The translations under genes and the position numbers were made by a program. Source: Bugula neritina (Eukaryota; Animalia; Bryozoa). Taken from it: a stretch of 64,000 nt of DNA. The DNA is taken from the NCBI GenBank assembly GCA_964035545.1, contig OZ037767.1, positions 10,054,581-10,118,580 on the forward strand. Direction: 5' to 3'. The notes under the pieces were generated by a model. The model was given only the letters and a program-made list of their open reading frames with translations. It was not told the DNA's origin and did not search any database. This document shows, in pieces, positions 39,307-53,800 of this stretch (positions within the stretch are counted from its first letter, which is position 1; each line of letters begins with the position of its first letter).

Positions 39307-40140
39307 GTGCTGGGACTAGTAGGTAAGAACATGCTGGTGTTAGACAAGTTCAAAGAGGGATCATTTGTTATTAAGGTGATGTTAGTTCATTTCAATATTT
39401 TGTGTTTCAAAGATGTGCATGCAGAGCCAGGGCAAGCAGAAGATGTGTTTGCTGACACAGTTTCTAATCAGCCATCTCATAGGGTCTTATCTGACGAGTC
39501 CCTCAGCTCATCTACTAGGAGAAGTAAGTTATACTATACTAAGGGAAGTAAGTATATACTATACTAAGGGAAGTAAGTTATACTATACTAAGGGAAGTGA
39601 CACTCATATAGATGTGTGTGGTCATTTTATTAAAAATCAGGTCGGGCTGTGCTATTCGGCATCAGTACATCAGATCTGTTTTATCTGTTATTCCTAAATA
39701 TATAAGATTGGTTGAAGTGCCTCACGTGACACGCTATACGGCTGGTTGAAGTGACATGCTGCATGCAGTGCATACTCATATTGTGACACGTATGATCAGG
39801 TGCTGCCATTTCTTACCTCCCAGGTGTTGCAGAAGAATAGTGATGTCGGGGAGTTGTCGTCCGCCAAGCAGATTATTCTTACGAAATGCAGCTGAATGGT
39901 TAAACTCGTTAAGTATTTCGAGGAGACAAAGTGTACTATATATTTACTATTGGAGTATGCTCAAGGTAAGCCTGTTCCCGAAGACTCATGTATTTTGACC
40001 CTATTACTAGAAATGCTTCATTTAGTATCAAAATATTTCAGGCAATACTGGGTGTCTATTAGTTGGGAATCATTGCTGTTTCAGGTATGACGTGGCAGTA
40101 CATACACACCTACCTTCACAGCAGCTTACGGGAGCAATAA
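39307..40140 (+). pseudogene. RPS6KC1: RPS6KC1-like kinase N-half exons (39307-39375, 39824-39965, 40085-40140) plus a displaced insert-region exon (39413-39523)
   Basis: VLGLVGKNMLVLDKFKEGSFVIK / VLQKNS...QIILTKCS*MVKLVKYF...IYLLLEYAQG / MTWQYIHTYL. In-frame TGA at 39893. Confidence 0.75.
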
Positions 40141-41444
40141 CCTGAAGGTTTTGTTTGCATCAATACAACTGAAATCATGCACGGAAGATGGTTAATTTAA
40201 AACATTATGTAATTACAATTATCTGGAAAATATATTACAAATAACCTTAAGACGATTTTAATGTTTTTAGCTAACATCAAAATAATTTCTTTTATTTGAC
40301 ATCTTAATCAATTCTAGGTTTTATATATGCTATTACGTTGCAGTGTTTGAAGATGTATAACAAATGCTATACATAATACTAGTAATACAAGTTTTTATAT
40401 CCTACATCATCATTGAATGCGCAGGCATAACAAAAGAACATAACAGAAGAAAATAATATTTTAAAAATGCTCAATAATGAATGAAGACATAAAGAATGAC
40501 AGAATGGTGCATTAGTTATATGTCTATTGACCTGATCATTCTAAAATTATTGCTCTTAATATGTAACCTTGATATACATTGCGAATATTTATATGAATAT
40601 AATTACGATGTTTTTGATAATTACATGCCTAGTGGCCTTTATTCTGGCCATTTTGTTTTTTATACGATAGTAAGTATTTTATAACGTTATATATTATAAT
40701 GTTTTGATAATATCAAAATTACGCTATGCTATCAATATATTTCAATAAAAGATGTGAACTGTTTTATAAATGCTAAGGAAATTTTCCTTTTTGTTACAGA
40801 CTCTTCTAAACAAGGAAAAGCTCAAGGAACTTTTACCTTTTCAATATTATATATTATAATAATTTATGTAATATTGTAAACGATTGAAACAACTGTCAAT
40901 AACACCTTGCATCACAGTGTATTTTATAATTGGCTGACCCGCTGTGCAGTGCTGCGGTTATGTGGTCGCAGTAACATTGCATTCCGTACGGTTGCGTGTC
41001 TGACCTGTAGGCCGTTCGGTGCGATTTGATTGACTTAGTTGACTCGGTCTGATGAATTCCCGCATTTTTTGTTTTGTAACTTGCGCGGCAAAGTAATTGG
41101 GTCATCGGCAGTATTAGAACAGCAGACGACAAGTCAGTGATTAAAAAGTTGTGTTTTAATCAAAAGTCGCACAAGAAGATAAAGTTGTATTAGTCTTAAA
41201 GTTACTCAAGCAGATAGAGTTATATTCATCTTAAAGTTACACAAATAGTTAGCATTTCATGAGATTAAAGAGAACTAAAGACTTCACGTTGGTGTTTAAA
41301 ATAATAAAGTAAATACATCATCAGTGAACTTCATTTCCAAAGTCTCTGAATTGCTACAAACATGTTAGCAAAATAATACTTTATACATTATATGTGTGTA
41401 ATGTTCTTAAAAGTTTTACCAGTTGGAGTGGTTGACTTTTACAG

Positions 41445-41720
41445 TGATCGTGAGATGATTTTAAGGGGGTTTATCATTATTGGCAAAGCCATGTCACTTC
41501 TTCTTACTGGAGTTCAAGGTGAGACAATTCCCATGTCAGTCATGAACAGCAATAAATAGTATTATTGGGGATTGCCTTCCCAAACTTATGTTGGTGTTTG
41601 ACAAGGTGACAGTGATGAAAGTTGAAGAAGTGTTGTGAAACGTAAAACAGCCGAGTATCTGGTGTATGTGGAGAAGTTGCACCACCGCTACCTGGACAGC
41701 AGTGGTACAGATCATAGCAG
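41445..41720 (+). pseudogene. MIT-domain exons of the RPS6KC1/SNX15 type
   Basis: KAMSLLLTGVQ-GDSDES*RSVVKRKTAEYLVYVEKL; in-frame TGA at 41623 and a frameshift in the first exon. Confidence 0.75.
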
Positions 41721-42839
41721 GTGGAGACAATTACAAGTCTCTCGGCCTGTGGCCAGACTGCAAACAGGTCTTTATGCAAGATGTTATCAAAATAAAACTT
41801 TATACAGTAGGCCTGTGTGTGTAATGTTAAAAAGTTTGCAGTTGAAATGGCTGGTTTTTCAGTAAGCATGAGATGATTCTAAGGGAGTTTATCGCTGTTA
41901 ACAACGTATTTGGAGAGCTTTTCTGGGCAAACAAGAAGCCACTGTACTAAAGAACCAACAGTCAAATGTATTTTTTATTGAAAAATTGCTTACACGCTTT
42001 GCTTTTTGCAAGTACAAAAACTTTTCCTAAATTTGGAAATATGAAATGCTGATATAAAATATTTCATATAGCAGAAGAAATTGCATATTTTAAAATGATA
42101 AACAGGCTGTATGTTTTTATTTGATAGAGGAATAGAGACGAATAGGGATCTAATGAAAAAAGAAAGTGAAAAATCAAAGCAGCCAAAAATTAGAAAAGCA
42201 ACCATTGAAAAGATCCAATTAATAGATAGGCCTACTCCTCAAACGAAAAAAAACAGATCGAGAGAGAAATAATTTATTACAGACCCCAAAAACTAGAGAG
42301 TAATGGGCGTTACTCTACCAAATATTTTTCTGCACTAAAATGTAAGGATCAGCTGATAGCCAGAAATGCAAATATTTAAAGAAAAGCGTCCATTCTACCA
42401 CGCATTGCAACCAATCCTCTTTCTAGTTGATTTTCTCCAACAGGTGCACACCGTCAATCTTTGACCCAAAATTGTGTTTACTTTCACACTGTTTGAAGAT
42501 CAGACTAAAATAAACTTGACATGAAATATTCAACAAACAATTGTTGAAGGAATAGAACTAATACTCCTCCGCAAACCGAAAAAGCAAAGACGAGAATCAT
42601 TTATCATGAACCTAACAGGCTAAACATGCACAGTTTCCGTCTACCTCGAATTCACACCATTTGGAAATATTAAAACAATTAATCAACCAAATATTCATAA
42701 AGTCACTGTGGAAGAACTAAAATTAATCAACACCCCTCAGACTGGAAAGGTAGAGGCTAGAGTTGTCAGCTACAAACCAAATAAGCTGCAGTGGAATGGC
42801 TACGGTTGGAGATTTGCAAAAACATAAACTCAAAAAACT

Positions 42840-44190
42840 GCCAATGTGCAACATTCCTACAACTATTCTAATCACAGAACCATAGTATTTGACAATTAAA
42901 TAGTTTTAGACTAGTCCTTTTAAAGGAGTCCACCAACAAAAATTAGCTGAAACAATCTATATAAAGCAACAAAAATATCAACGTTAATTTAATATACAAC
43001 ATTACTTAGTACCGTGTTGAAGCTATAGTAATATTTTTATGCTGATAAACTTTGACTGATTCAGCACAATTTTTGTTGTACATTTTTCAAGTTTTAATTC
43101 TGTTTTATTTTTATATTAAAAGAATAGTATATCTCTCTACTTACATAATATTTCAAAATGTTATTATTTTCTTTAGCTTAATCAATAATTTCCACCCCTT
43201 TATCTCATGTCATGCATACAATTTAACATAGCGTCCTGACTTTTAAATTTCATTTAATGTATAACTCTCAAGATGGATACAGTACTGTCCCAAATATTAG
43301 CTTACTTTGATAAATAAAGTTGTAAATAAACAAAATGTTTCCAGTTTACTATTTTGATAATGAAAAATAGAGTATTTATATTATATTTCGTTTGATATAT
43401 GTAATTTTTACTCATCAATAGCCAAAGACCTCCTCTCCTAAGCCCTTTCTTTTGCTTCACAATTCACTTATAGCATCTCAAATGAGCACCGAGAACAGTT
43501 TTAGAACACTGATAAAATCTATCCTCATCTTCAATTCTGAACAATGAGCAAAAATTACAGTAATTCTGAAGTTACTATACAAAACTATGGCGGCGCTGAA
43601 ACTTGCCAACCTATTTGCTAAGTTTGTCAACATGCAAACCTTTACTACGTATCTCCACTATTAATCACGGAAACGTATCAATAGATGATGTGATAATTTT
43701 AAATCTGTCCGTTAAAGGAACCCACCATCGGAAGTTAGCTGAAGCTTTCTACATTAAACAAATAAAACAAAATAAACTGATCAACTAAATATAGAAAATC
43801 ACTTCCTACGGTTACAATGAAGCCAATACATTTTATATACCAATCAACTTCTACTAATCAATATCAAATTTTGTTGTTTTTTCTATATATAGATATGCTT
43901 TCTGAAATCTCAACTCTTATAATTCACTTCAATATTATATATAAAAGAGAACAGGTATATAATGTTTTCGCTTATATAATAATGATATTATTTTCCTTGG
44001 TTTAATCAACTAGAAATAATTTCTACCCCTTTACCTTATGTCATGCATAAAGTTCAACATAACATATTGTGACTTTTAAATTCCATTCATTCTATGCATG
44101 CAACCATACATGAAGTTGAACAATGTGCTGTCTGAAATATCATATTACTTTGATGAATAAAGTAATGTAAAAGAAAAACTGTTTCTTGTC
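42840..44190 (+). mobile_element. Two tandem decayed Penelope 3' ends (~42840-43340, ~43480-44190)
   Basis: HRKLAEAFYIKQIK motif and 3' UTRs homologous to 59470-60000, with degenerate hammerhead cores. Confidence 0.7.
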
Positions 44191-45299
44191 TACTTATTTT
44201 TAATGTATATTCTATATATGTTAAGGTGAATGATTTAAATAGTGCTGCAGCATCTCCTAATTTATACTTACTTGATTATAGCTAAAACACATTAACACAT
44301 ACCAGTCAGTACACATAGCTTTGTAGAATTATCCTCCCCTACTCTTTGCTTTTTTTTGAAATTTTCTTAGGCAGACATTGCTTCAGTGTCAATAGTAGGT
44401 TGCTTAGTTCTCCCACAAGGCTGTTTCCCAAATTCCTTGTTTGTGGATTTTATTAAGATAAAGAATTTATGAAAACAGGCTCCTGAACAACCAGTCCCAT
44501 TTTTCTCTATCTTTCCAGCTGGTTGGGTACCCATGCTATTTAACCTGGTCTTCTCTTTAAATATCCACCTGACTTATTCTCTCACAAGCCTCAAGCTGCA
44601 GGCAGGAAGAAGACAAAAGTTGTGCCTGTTTAAACAAACCCTTCTGTGCCTGTTTTCTTCTATCAAACAAAAACACAGTATGTTTATCATTCTATAACAA
44701 GCAAACTTTCAATAATATATGTATAAAATATCTTGTATTAGCATTTTATATTTTAAACAATAAATTTATGTATATATAAAAGATGGAGAAATGAGTGTGT
44801 AAGTACATTGTCAACATACCTTTAACTCCCTTTAGCTGGATAGAGACTCCTTATACTTGTAGGCAATATTATACCTTATTCTTTTGCAAATCATCTCACA
44901 CTCACTATGAAAAGGAGAAACATGTTAAATTTTCACTTTTTATATATAATGGAATCACATGCATACATGTATAAAAATAACACTTTGATAACATAGCACA
45001 TGTTAATATTGAAATAAGACTTACTAGTGTATGTCCAGAGAAAAAAGAAGATTCATTTGTGATTTGTTAAAATTGAAGATCACATACTAAACATAAAGCA
45101 GTAATAATCCAACTGTTCATGATATATAGTATAATATAATACACTAGGGTACCGTATATGATATGATTTGGGATTCTAGTAATGTAGTGTGTAGCATGGC
45201 TTGGATTCAGTAGTTAATATTTTATTGATGTAAATCAAGTATACTTGTATTTCGAATACCACTCCATCAATCTTCAAAGCTTGAATCAACGTTTAAATT

Positions 45300-45570
45300 A
45301 AAAGTTAAGGCGTTGCGTTGAACTACGCGCATTGCATAAGGCGCGCGCGAAGGGTGCAATTCATATAACCACATAACCACGAAGTTGCCGTTATAGTGCG
45401 ATTCATTAATATTGACCTTTAACCCTTCGACTCAGCACTACATGAGCATGTGTGAAAACTGTACTCGCTAGTGATCCTACTTGAGCACTTGCGCGTGACT
45501 TATTATTGAACCGAACTAGAAATAATATTTTTCAGTTCATTGATATAAACTACCAAGAGCTATAAAAAGT
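45300..45570 (+). promoter_or_regulatory. Probable promoter and first non-coding exon of the GRDP gene
   Basis: Local CpG cluster (gcgttgcg, acgcgc, gcgcgcgcga) in a CpG-poor background; candidate donor GTATGG near 45569. Confidence 0.4.
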
Positions 45571-45999
45571 ATGGTTTATTTCATTTTTGCGTTACAATAG
45601 TTTATAAGGTACTGTATAAGTACTTGGTATTTTTTAACATTGCTAAATATTTTTAAATGTTGTCATGATAACATTGACGTTACCAATCACGTGAATTTGT
45701 ATGATAATTAGGGCGGGTTAATTCCACGATTTGATAAACAGTTTTATAAGCAGCTTCAAGTTGAAGGTGAATAAATTGAGTTCTCAAATGTGAGGTTGGG
45801 GGTTCTACCAAATGCTTGATTTAAAACTTGAACGTCTTAAGCTACTTTTTTTAATAACCCCCAAGTCGGAGCTGCCTATAAATATATTTTATTTTATAAT
45901 CCTTAGCTTTAGAGCATAAAGATTCAGATTTCAACTTTGCCGTGTAAGTCATGGATCACCCGTTTATACTTATAGTTATTTCCAAACCCAGGCTTCAAG

Positions 46000-47300
46000 T
46001 AATCGTGATCATTATGATTATGATTGTTAATATTATTAGATTTGTGCTTATAGGTTGGTTGTTTTAATTATAAATGCCTTTAGCATTTAAGCCCGAAGAA
46101 AGGTATTTTTCTTTTTAAGGATTAAATCTGGTTGGGAGCCCGAGGCACAGCTTTAAAAGTATATATTAATACAAGCGTATAACATTAACTGATTAAGTGT
46201 TAACAGTTGTCCATATATTTATAATAATATTAATAATAATAATTAACTACTATAACTATTAACTATAAGATTAAGTATAACTATAAGTATTAGAGTTAGA
46301 TTTAGTATGACTACCATTACTTGAGTCTTAAAATTACATTTACACTTGGTGACTTACACTTACAGCCACACTTACACCGGCAGTTACAGTAAATAATTTA
46401 CTTTTACTGAGTTTTAGTTTTACTTTTAGACTTAGTGATACTGATAGTGATAGTGATAGTGATACTTTTAGTTTTACGGATAGTGATAAACTCTATACTA
46501 ACTTAAGCTTCAGTGTTAAAGTGATCAATCTTCAATGTCACTGAAAGTGAATGTGAATGACAATTGTTGTTGACTATTGTGAATTACAAACTAAACGTGA
46601 AACTCAAACCCAAACTTGAGCCTGAGGCAAAGTCTAACTAAGAGTGAGTAACTGCAAGTAAAAGTATAAGGCCAAATGTAACGTTAGACTAAGAGGAAGT
46701 CTAACTCTAAGAGTAACTGTAAGTGACTAATTCAAACTGATTTTATCAGTATCAGTATGAGTATCACGCTCCTTTTTTTTGTCAGTTAGAAGTTGACATT
46801 GATTAATCTTATTTAATATTTATTCAATACCTTCGTTATAATTTGAATTTATATTAAATTTAATTCAGAAGATGAAATTTAAATTTGATGTATGAAATTA
46901 ACTCTAAGTAACGAATTATTGTGTAATGTATTGTTGTACTCACAGACAAACTTCTATTAGTATTACTGTTTTATTAATATCAGGCTCAATTTCAGTTGTG
47001 AGTTGACATAAGTGATTATTTATTGTTTTTATAATATAAGTTAAAACTAATAGAGAAAGTCAAATTTATGGTTAAATTTAACTACTGACTTATTGTTAAG
47101 TTATATAATCAGTCACACTGTGACTATGACTATCAGTATCTTTAACTTAGTGACTATCCCTATGAATATCACTCTAGATAATAAATATAGTCAAAGCAAT
47201 GGTGATGGTCACACAGTGCAAACCTTGAAGCTGAACATTAAACTGCTCAATTGGCAATTGACTAAGTGTTTTAGTTTGTTTTAATTGATATTTAACTTTT
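46000..47300. repeat. Cryptic hexamer-periodic tract
   Basis: agtttt agtttt actttt agactt agtgat actgat agtgat; acttac acttac agccac acttac accggc agttac. Confidence 0.85.
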
Positions 47301-47878
47301 AAAATAATTGGTTTAATTTTCAATTTTCCACCATCTTAAAAGTTGCAAAAAGGTATATAAAGTTTGAGATTGAACACAACTAAACACTGGAACCATTTTT
47401 ATAATTGTTGTACAATAGCAATTTTTATAAATTATTTCATTTAAATTTCATACTTTTGAATTCATTGTTGCTTTGATAATTTTACAATAATTTTATTACA
47501 AAATTTCGATGTTTATAGCATGTCAGATCGATCATTAATATTTAAGACTTATAACTTGGAAAAGAACATTTTTGGGTTGCTGCATGAAATGGTATCAAAA
47601 TTATTCTTAGGCCTATGCAGATTTTTCTAGAGAAATTTGTAAACTTATATAAAAGTAAAGTTTGCTAACTGAAATTTTGAATTTATTTTATTCGAAGGTG
47701 AACAAAGCAATAACTTTTATTTTATAAATTAAGCCAAGTTACTTTTGGTTTCATCTACATGTTTCCTTCAGAAATGTTGACTTCTTTACTTGAAACCATG
47801 ATTATCCAAAGACTCATATGTCCCATGGATAATATGATGTAATTTGCAGCATATCGTCCAGGACTCTGACTGTATACA

Positions 47879-50800
47879 ATGACTCACCCAAATGTCAATA
47901 GAGCCCATCAAGTGCCATTGTCTCTTACAAATGACAACCATGTTGTGGCTATGAGAAATGAGCTGCTGTTTTTAAAAACCATATCCCGGTACCCTAAACT
48001 GTTCACACCTGGACCAGTCTTGACGAATGCTATTCGTAGGTAAGAAAAGCAGTTGAAATGAAGCTAAATTCTTGAGTCTTCAAAATTTTTCTAATAGATA
48101 TCAGTAGTACACTCTACTGTACTAGAATTTGAGGTTTTAAAAGCAAATTTTGGTAGAAAAACCGACTTGTTTGTTTGTCGATCACTATTAATTATTTTGA
48201 TTGTTCGATGTCATAGACATGATTCATCCTTAATGTTTCACTGTTTGGCTTGTATAGGTATGAAAAAATATTTTTACCTGCCATCAAAAGTTCGAATACG
48301 AAGCATCCTATACAAGGTGCTCCCATAGATATAGAGTGGGTATGGCATTGCCATATGCTTGCACCGTTGGCTTACCACAAAGACTGTGAAGAAGTAATTG
48401 GTATGATCCCTGATCATACTATGTTATACCAACCGAATGTTTTCATAAATGGATCTTATGCAATATCTGATGAGATCAGAAATATGTGGGAAGTATATGC
48501 CCCAAAGGTAAGCTCAAAAGTATTATAAAACATAAACATCCCACATCAAGTATTTCTAATCTAAATCAAAGCAATAAAATTTATATTATTTTTGGATGAA
48601 CCTAGTTTTTAAATCAAAACTCACATTGAATGTTTGCTGTGTAACTCTCATAAATCACACAGCCCTCTTCATCTTTTAACAATACTTAGAGTCAACTTCA
48701 TAAATGTAACCCGTTGTAGTAGCTTCAAAAACAAAGCGAAAGCATTTTTATAAATAGCCAAGCAGCAACTAAAAAGGCTCTAGTGTTTGAAGTGCTGCAT
48801 TTAAGTGTAGTCGTTTACAGTCACTCAATTGCTTCATGAACTTAGAGGTTGCAAAGGCAAGGTTTCTTCCCCAGTCTGAGAAAATAATGTTACGGCTTAG
48901 TAATTAGTATTAGATAATAATGCGGATGCTTATTTACTCAAGCTCTTGCACCATCCATGACTTGAGATTCGAGCAAAAGCATGGTATGCTGATGTCAGAC
49001 TAAGAAGATACAATTATTGTATTCAGAGCAACTGCCTATACAGTGGTTGCTTAAACCAAGAAAGCTATGTTAGTGTGAACTTTATACATATATTGACTGA
49101 GCGTTCACTGTAAGGCACGACATCATTGAATAGTAACAACTAGTTTGTTCAATCCAATCATTTAGACTTTCCAAACTTCAGAAAGTTTATTCAAGTTTAT
49201 GTAACAAGACTTTTAGCTGACAGCTCTAATACTTTATTATTTTATCTGCATGGCATCTAGCAGTTTTAAAGCTTGTACAGAAAAGCACTTCTTGTATTAA
49301 ATGGTGACAATGGTATATAATATATGAATGTTTATTGCTAGCACTATGATTGGGCATGCCCCACAATAGTTGATTCACTAGCAACAAGGAAACATGAAAT
49401 TGTAATTAATGATTGATCAAAACATGAGTAAATATAAACATGTTTATTTAGTAGCAAACAGTTCAAAACATTTAGTTCTTTTAATACAGGCCACAAAATT
49501 CTAGTGAACAACTATAACTTAAAATAAATAATATAGCGAAATAATACTATAATGTTGAATTCAAATTGACATTGTTGTTATTATTGGTGTAATGGCAATT
49601 GATACATTACAGCAAAAAAACAATTAAGCCAAATATATAATTTCTAGTGAAAAGAGCCTTCATGAAAATGATAACTCAGTATTCAGTTCATCACTCAAAC
49701 AATCCGAACCTCATTTTCTAGTTGGGTGTTTATAGACATGAAGTATTTGTTGAAATTTACAACTATGCCTTTTGGCCAAGGAAATAGCATTGATTCTTAA
49801 TTACAGGATGAGCCCTTGGAGCTGAACCCCACAGTTGTGACTGAGTTTAATGACTCCTCAGGCTATAAATCTCAACTTTCATATGACTTGGTTGGGGCAG
49901 CCGAGAGACAGGGAACTTTCTACTACAATGTCAGTTTACCTCACTATGAGGACTGGAAGTTTCTCTCTAATGCTATACACAGATATAAGGTAATGTAATA
50001 TTGATTTCATATGTTTGTCTTTTACTATAATCCGTAGTATTTACTGTGATATGCAGTAAAGTCAAGAATAATGCACTGCATACATAGTTTATGTATGCAG
50101 TGCATTATGTAGGTACATCATGTATCCTGTTTTTCGAGAGGTCTTGAAACATAAGGAAGTTTTTCTTTCAACTAATCTATACTGATGTGTCACGTCTAAG
50201 TACATTATTGCATTAGCCTAATTTATGGTAGCAGATTAAATAATAAAATATATAATGAGATAAGTTATAATCTTTATGTACCCCTCACTTTTTGACACTC
50301 ATTTTAGCAGTCTGAAGTTGTAAACAAACTTCTCAATCTCAGTTTTTCAAAACAACAGATATATTTTAACATAGAAAATATATCATCAAACAGCTGAATT
50401 GCACATGTCGTACTGCAATATTGAAGTAAAGGAAAATGAAAAATTATTTGTATTTTCTGATAAATCCCCCAACAGCAGGCTAAGTAGACAGTAAAATATA
50501 TGCTCTCTTCAGTGACTTTTACTGTCTACAGTAACTGAAGGTGTAGGGGTGGAGAGCTCACTGTCACAACCCATTTCTGAGAAACACAGCTAAACCTATT
50601 TTTCTTATGTTTCGTGCCACAGATTGGCTCAACAAATCAAACTCTACTCTTACAGTTCTGCATACTCACAAATCATACTGCAGCCATTGAAAACTTCACA
50701 GTCTAAATCTTTCCTGGTAGATTAGGTATCATTAGAGCCCTTGAGTTTGACCTGTTTTCAAATAACAGTTATGGTTTAAAGCCGAAAAGAGCAAGTTTTG

Positions 50801-53800
50801 AAAATAAAAACATTTCAAACTTTTACTTCATAAAACTTTCGAAGTAAAACTGTACAGTCTAGCAGGTTTTTCTGTCATGTAAATTATAAAAAGTAATTTG
50901 TTTACAAAGTGTTTGTATCCCTGAACCATTACTTAAAGAGTTTAGTGACACAACACTTTATAGCTACTCTTCAGTTTATTGCTACTTGAAAGGTTACTCT
51001 TCTATGTTAGATAGTTGAGTTCTGATAATAGACTATTGAACTTCATAACAGAACTTGATGCAGTCAGCTCGTATTTCACTTTTGAATTCTGAAACTGATG
51101 CCATTGACTGTACTAGACATAACCGTATATTGAAAATACCAGCTATTTTACAATAACCTGGTATATTGTTTTTAAAGTCTCCATCCTTCTGAGAACCACC
51201 TTATGGAAAAAGTTTTAAGCTGGCTAAGGACTTGTTTTCAACTGAGGCAAAGTTACAACTATGATGATTTGGGGCGTAGGCTCAAATTCTTTTCTTTTGC
51301 TACATTCCTAATCTAGAAAACGGTTTTTTTTCTGTCTCATATTGAGATTGTATATGAAGAAGCTCTAATCTCACGCAGAAACATGATGTTGTGTACTTGT
51401 AGATGATGCTGCAGCTTAAAACATTTCACCCCAACGCTTTTCTGGTGCCTTGCTATGACATAGACTTGGCATGGCACACCCACCAGCTGCATCCTCACTT
51501 ATACAAGAAGGACACAACGCAGTACCTTGGCAGAGTAAGTGTGTTGGGTGTACCATCTACATACAGATAGAGTTTTTTTTTCACCTTTTGAATCAAAATG
51601 CTATGTTGTATTTAGCATAGCTAATCACAGATACTCAATACATGTGTTTTTGTAGCTGTTAACTGTGTTGCTCTCAAGTAGAAAAATATTATATTTTTTT
51701 AAGATCACGGTGCGTTTTAGTTGCATCTAGCAATGTCTAATTTGTTATATAGATACAATAAAGTAGTTAGTCTTGAAAAACGGTAGAGTTTCAGTTTGGT
51801 TAATATTCCAGTATATAGTAGTAAATATAACACTACTATTTCCATATATCAATGTCTGTGTCTCTATCATTCATCGCTGTATTTACATGTGTAGATATTC
51901 AACCATGATGACAACCTTACTGATAGAAGTGCTGACTCACACCTTACACAGTCTGAAGAGACAACTAAACAGCTGTGGCAGCAAACGTATGATCAGCCCT
52001 TTGGACTGAGTGGTGCCATGTACCGGGGTGTGTCTCCAGCTGGTAAACTCGCTGTCTTGGCTCCACAGGATGTAAATATATTTGGTTACATGTTATTACA
52101 CTCCTTAGTCTTTGCTCTTTACCTTTCTTATTGTAGTCCTGAATGGGTGGCGGTACTTGTTAGCCTTTATGTAGTAGTGTAGTTAGCAAGGAATAGCAGC
52201 CAAGGTCAACATTAGATAATTTATTGACCAAGTTTATATGAATTATAATGAATAAATTATATGTTATTGATCAGTAGATTATCGAATGTTAACCCTGGCA
52301 GTTAGTTATTCAATATAATTCGTATGAACTTAGCTAGAGCTGCAATTGTATACCTGATGTTTAATTGTACGGTGCATGCCTAAACCTGTATGTTTTTGAA
52401 ATCATACTCAAAATAAAAAAAAGTAGGCCACAAAAGTCTAACATATTTTAGATGACTTATTGAAGTATAAGATATATACTTACAGTGTACCCTGAATAAC
52501 TGATAATAGATTTCTATACCTTATACTTACATATACTGAATACATACTTTGGACCTAGAATTTGATATAATAATTAGTTTACAAAGTGGCATACAGAATT
52601 ATAATACAGTTACCCAGCTTCAGGCAATATTTTACAGACTTGGTACTTTGTTTTGATATCTTACACCCATTAATCTAGAAGATCAGACTGTTTTATTACT
52701 GATAGTCTGATTCTCTTTCATTGACTTATATTTCAACTCTGACTGTGTCTCAGTGAGAACTAGTCACATGCTTCTGGAATGTTTTTTTTTAGAATGCCGT
52801 TGGGGCAGATCTGCTGTTCGAAATGGAGTTGAACACACTTCGGGCTGTCAATAATCATGCTGCAAAGATGCGCATTGATTTCCATCTGGGAAGATCGAGG
52901 ATTATGAAACTGAAAGCAAAACGAACTGCCTCTAGCAATGATTTCAACTTTCAACCATTTAAGGTGAGAATTTTTCCTGTTGCATCATCACATGGCATTT
53001 TCTAATGTTTACTACCAACTAGCTGCTATTAGGAAGGCTTATTGACTATAGAACTCAACATATTTTATATGCATGTTGGGTTACACCTAGCTTTCATAAA
53101 ATTAACCTTCTTTTTGGTGACATCACCATCAACATTTCTCTCAATGAGTTAATGAAAGTAAACTTGGAAAAGCATTTTGCTGGCTTTGACTAAACTGTGC
53201 ATAAAATCTTATAATACTAATTAAAATAAGTGTGGAACGCATTTTATAGCAATGAAAGTTTAATCTGTATAATTTATTGACACTTCTAAATTATATGCCA
53301 ACACCAATGCTGTCTATAATTATTTAGAGAGTTTTCACTTCATCTAAAGATTACGGAAAGCAGCTCACCTTATCTCTCTCTCAAACTGAAGAAGGATGCT
53401 GCCAATCTGCTGACGATTTGGGACATGAAAGTATCGACTTCACTCGGTTCATGAGTGTCGAAAGAGTAGAGCCTTATGGGATTGATATTAAAGCAAATCT
53501 GGGGGATTCATCACTGATTGTTCATGGTATGAGTTTCATCACAATTCCCTATATCATTACTGTCAACCGGAATGGATAAAGTTAAGATTGAAATGGTAGC
53601 ACTTTGTTTTGGGCCATACTTTTTTTGATAGGTGCAGTATTGGAGAAATTGAGAAAAGCCTGTGTTCTAAATTAGAAATGTAGCAAAAGGTGTTATATCA
53701 ACTGCGCCCAACCAAAGTTTACGAAGACAGTTTAGGAACTCTGGTTATCTCAGTTTCTCGACTACTCCACCTAAATGTAAATCTCATAGTTTGGGTTTAC

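Noticed and set aside
39893-41625. In-frame TGA codons as selenocysteine or readthrough
   Set aside because: They are accompanied by a frameshift, truncation and scrambling; CGA>TGA decay is the simpler explanation, and no SECIS was identified.
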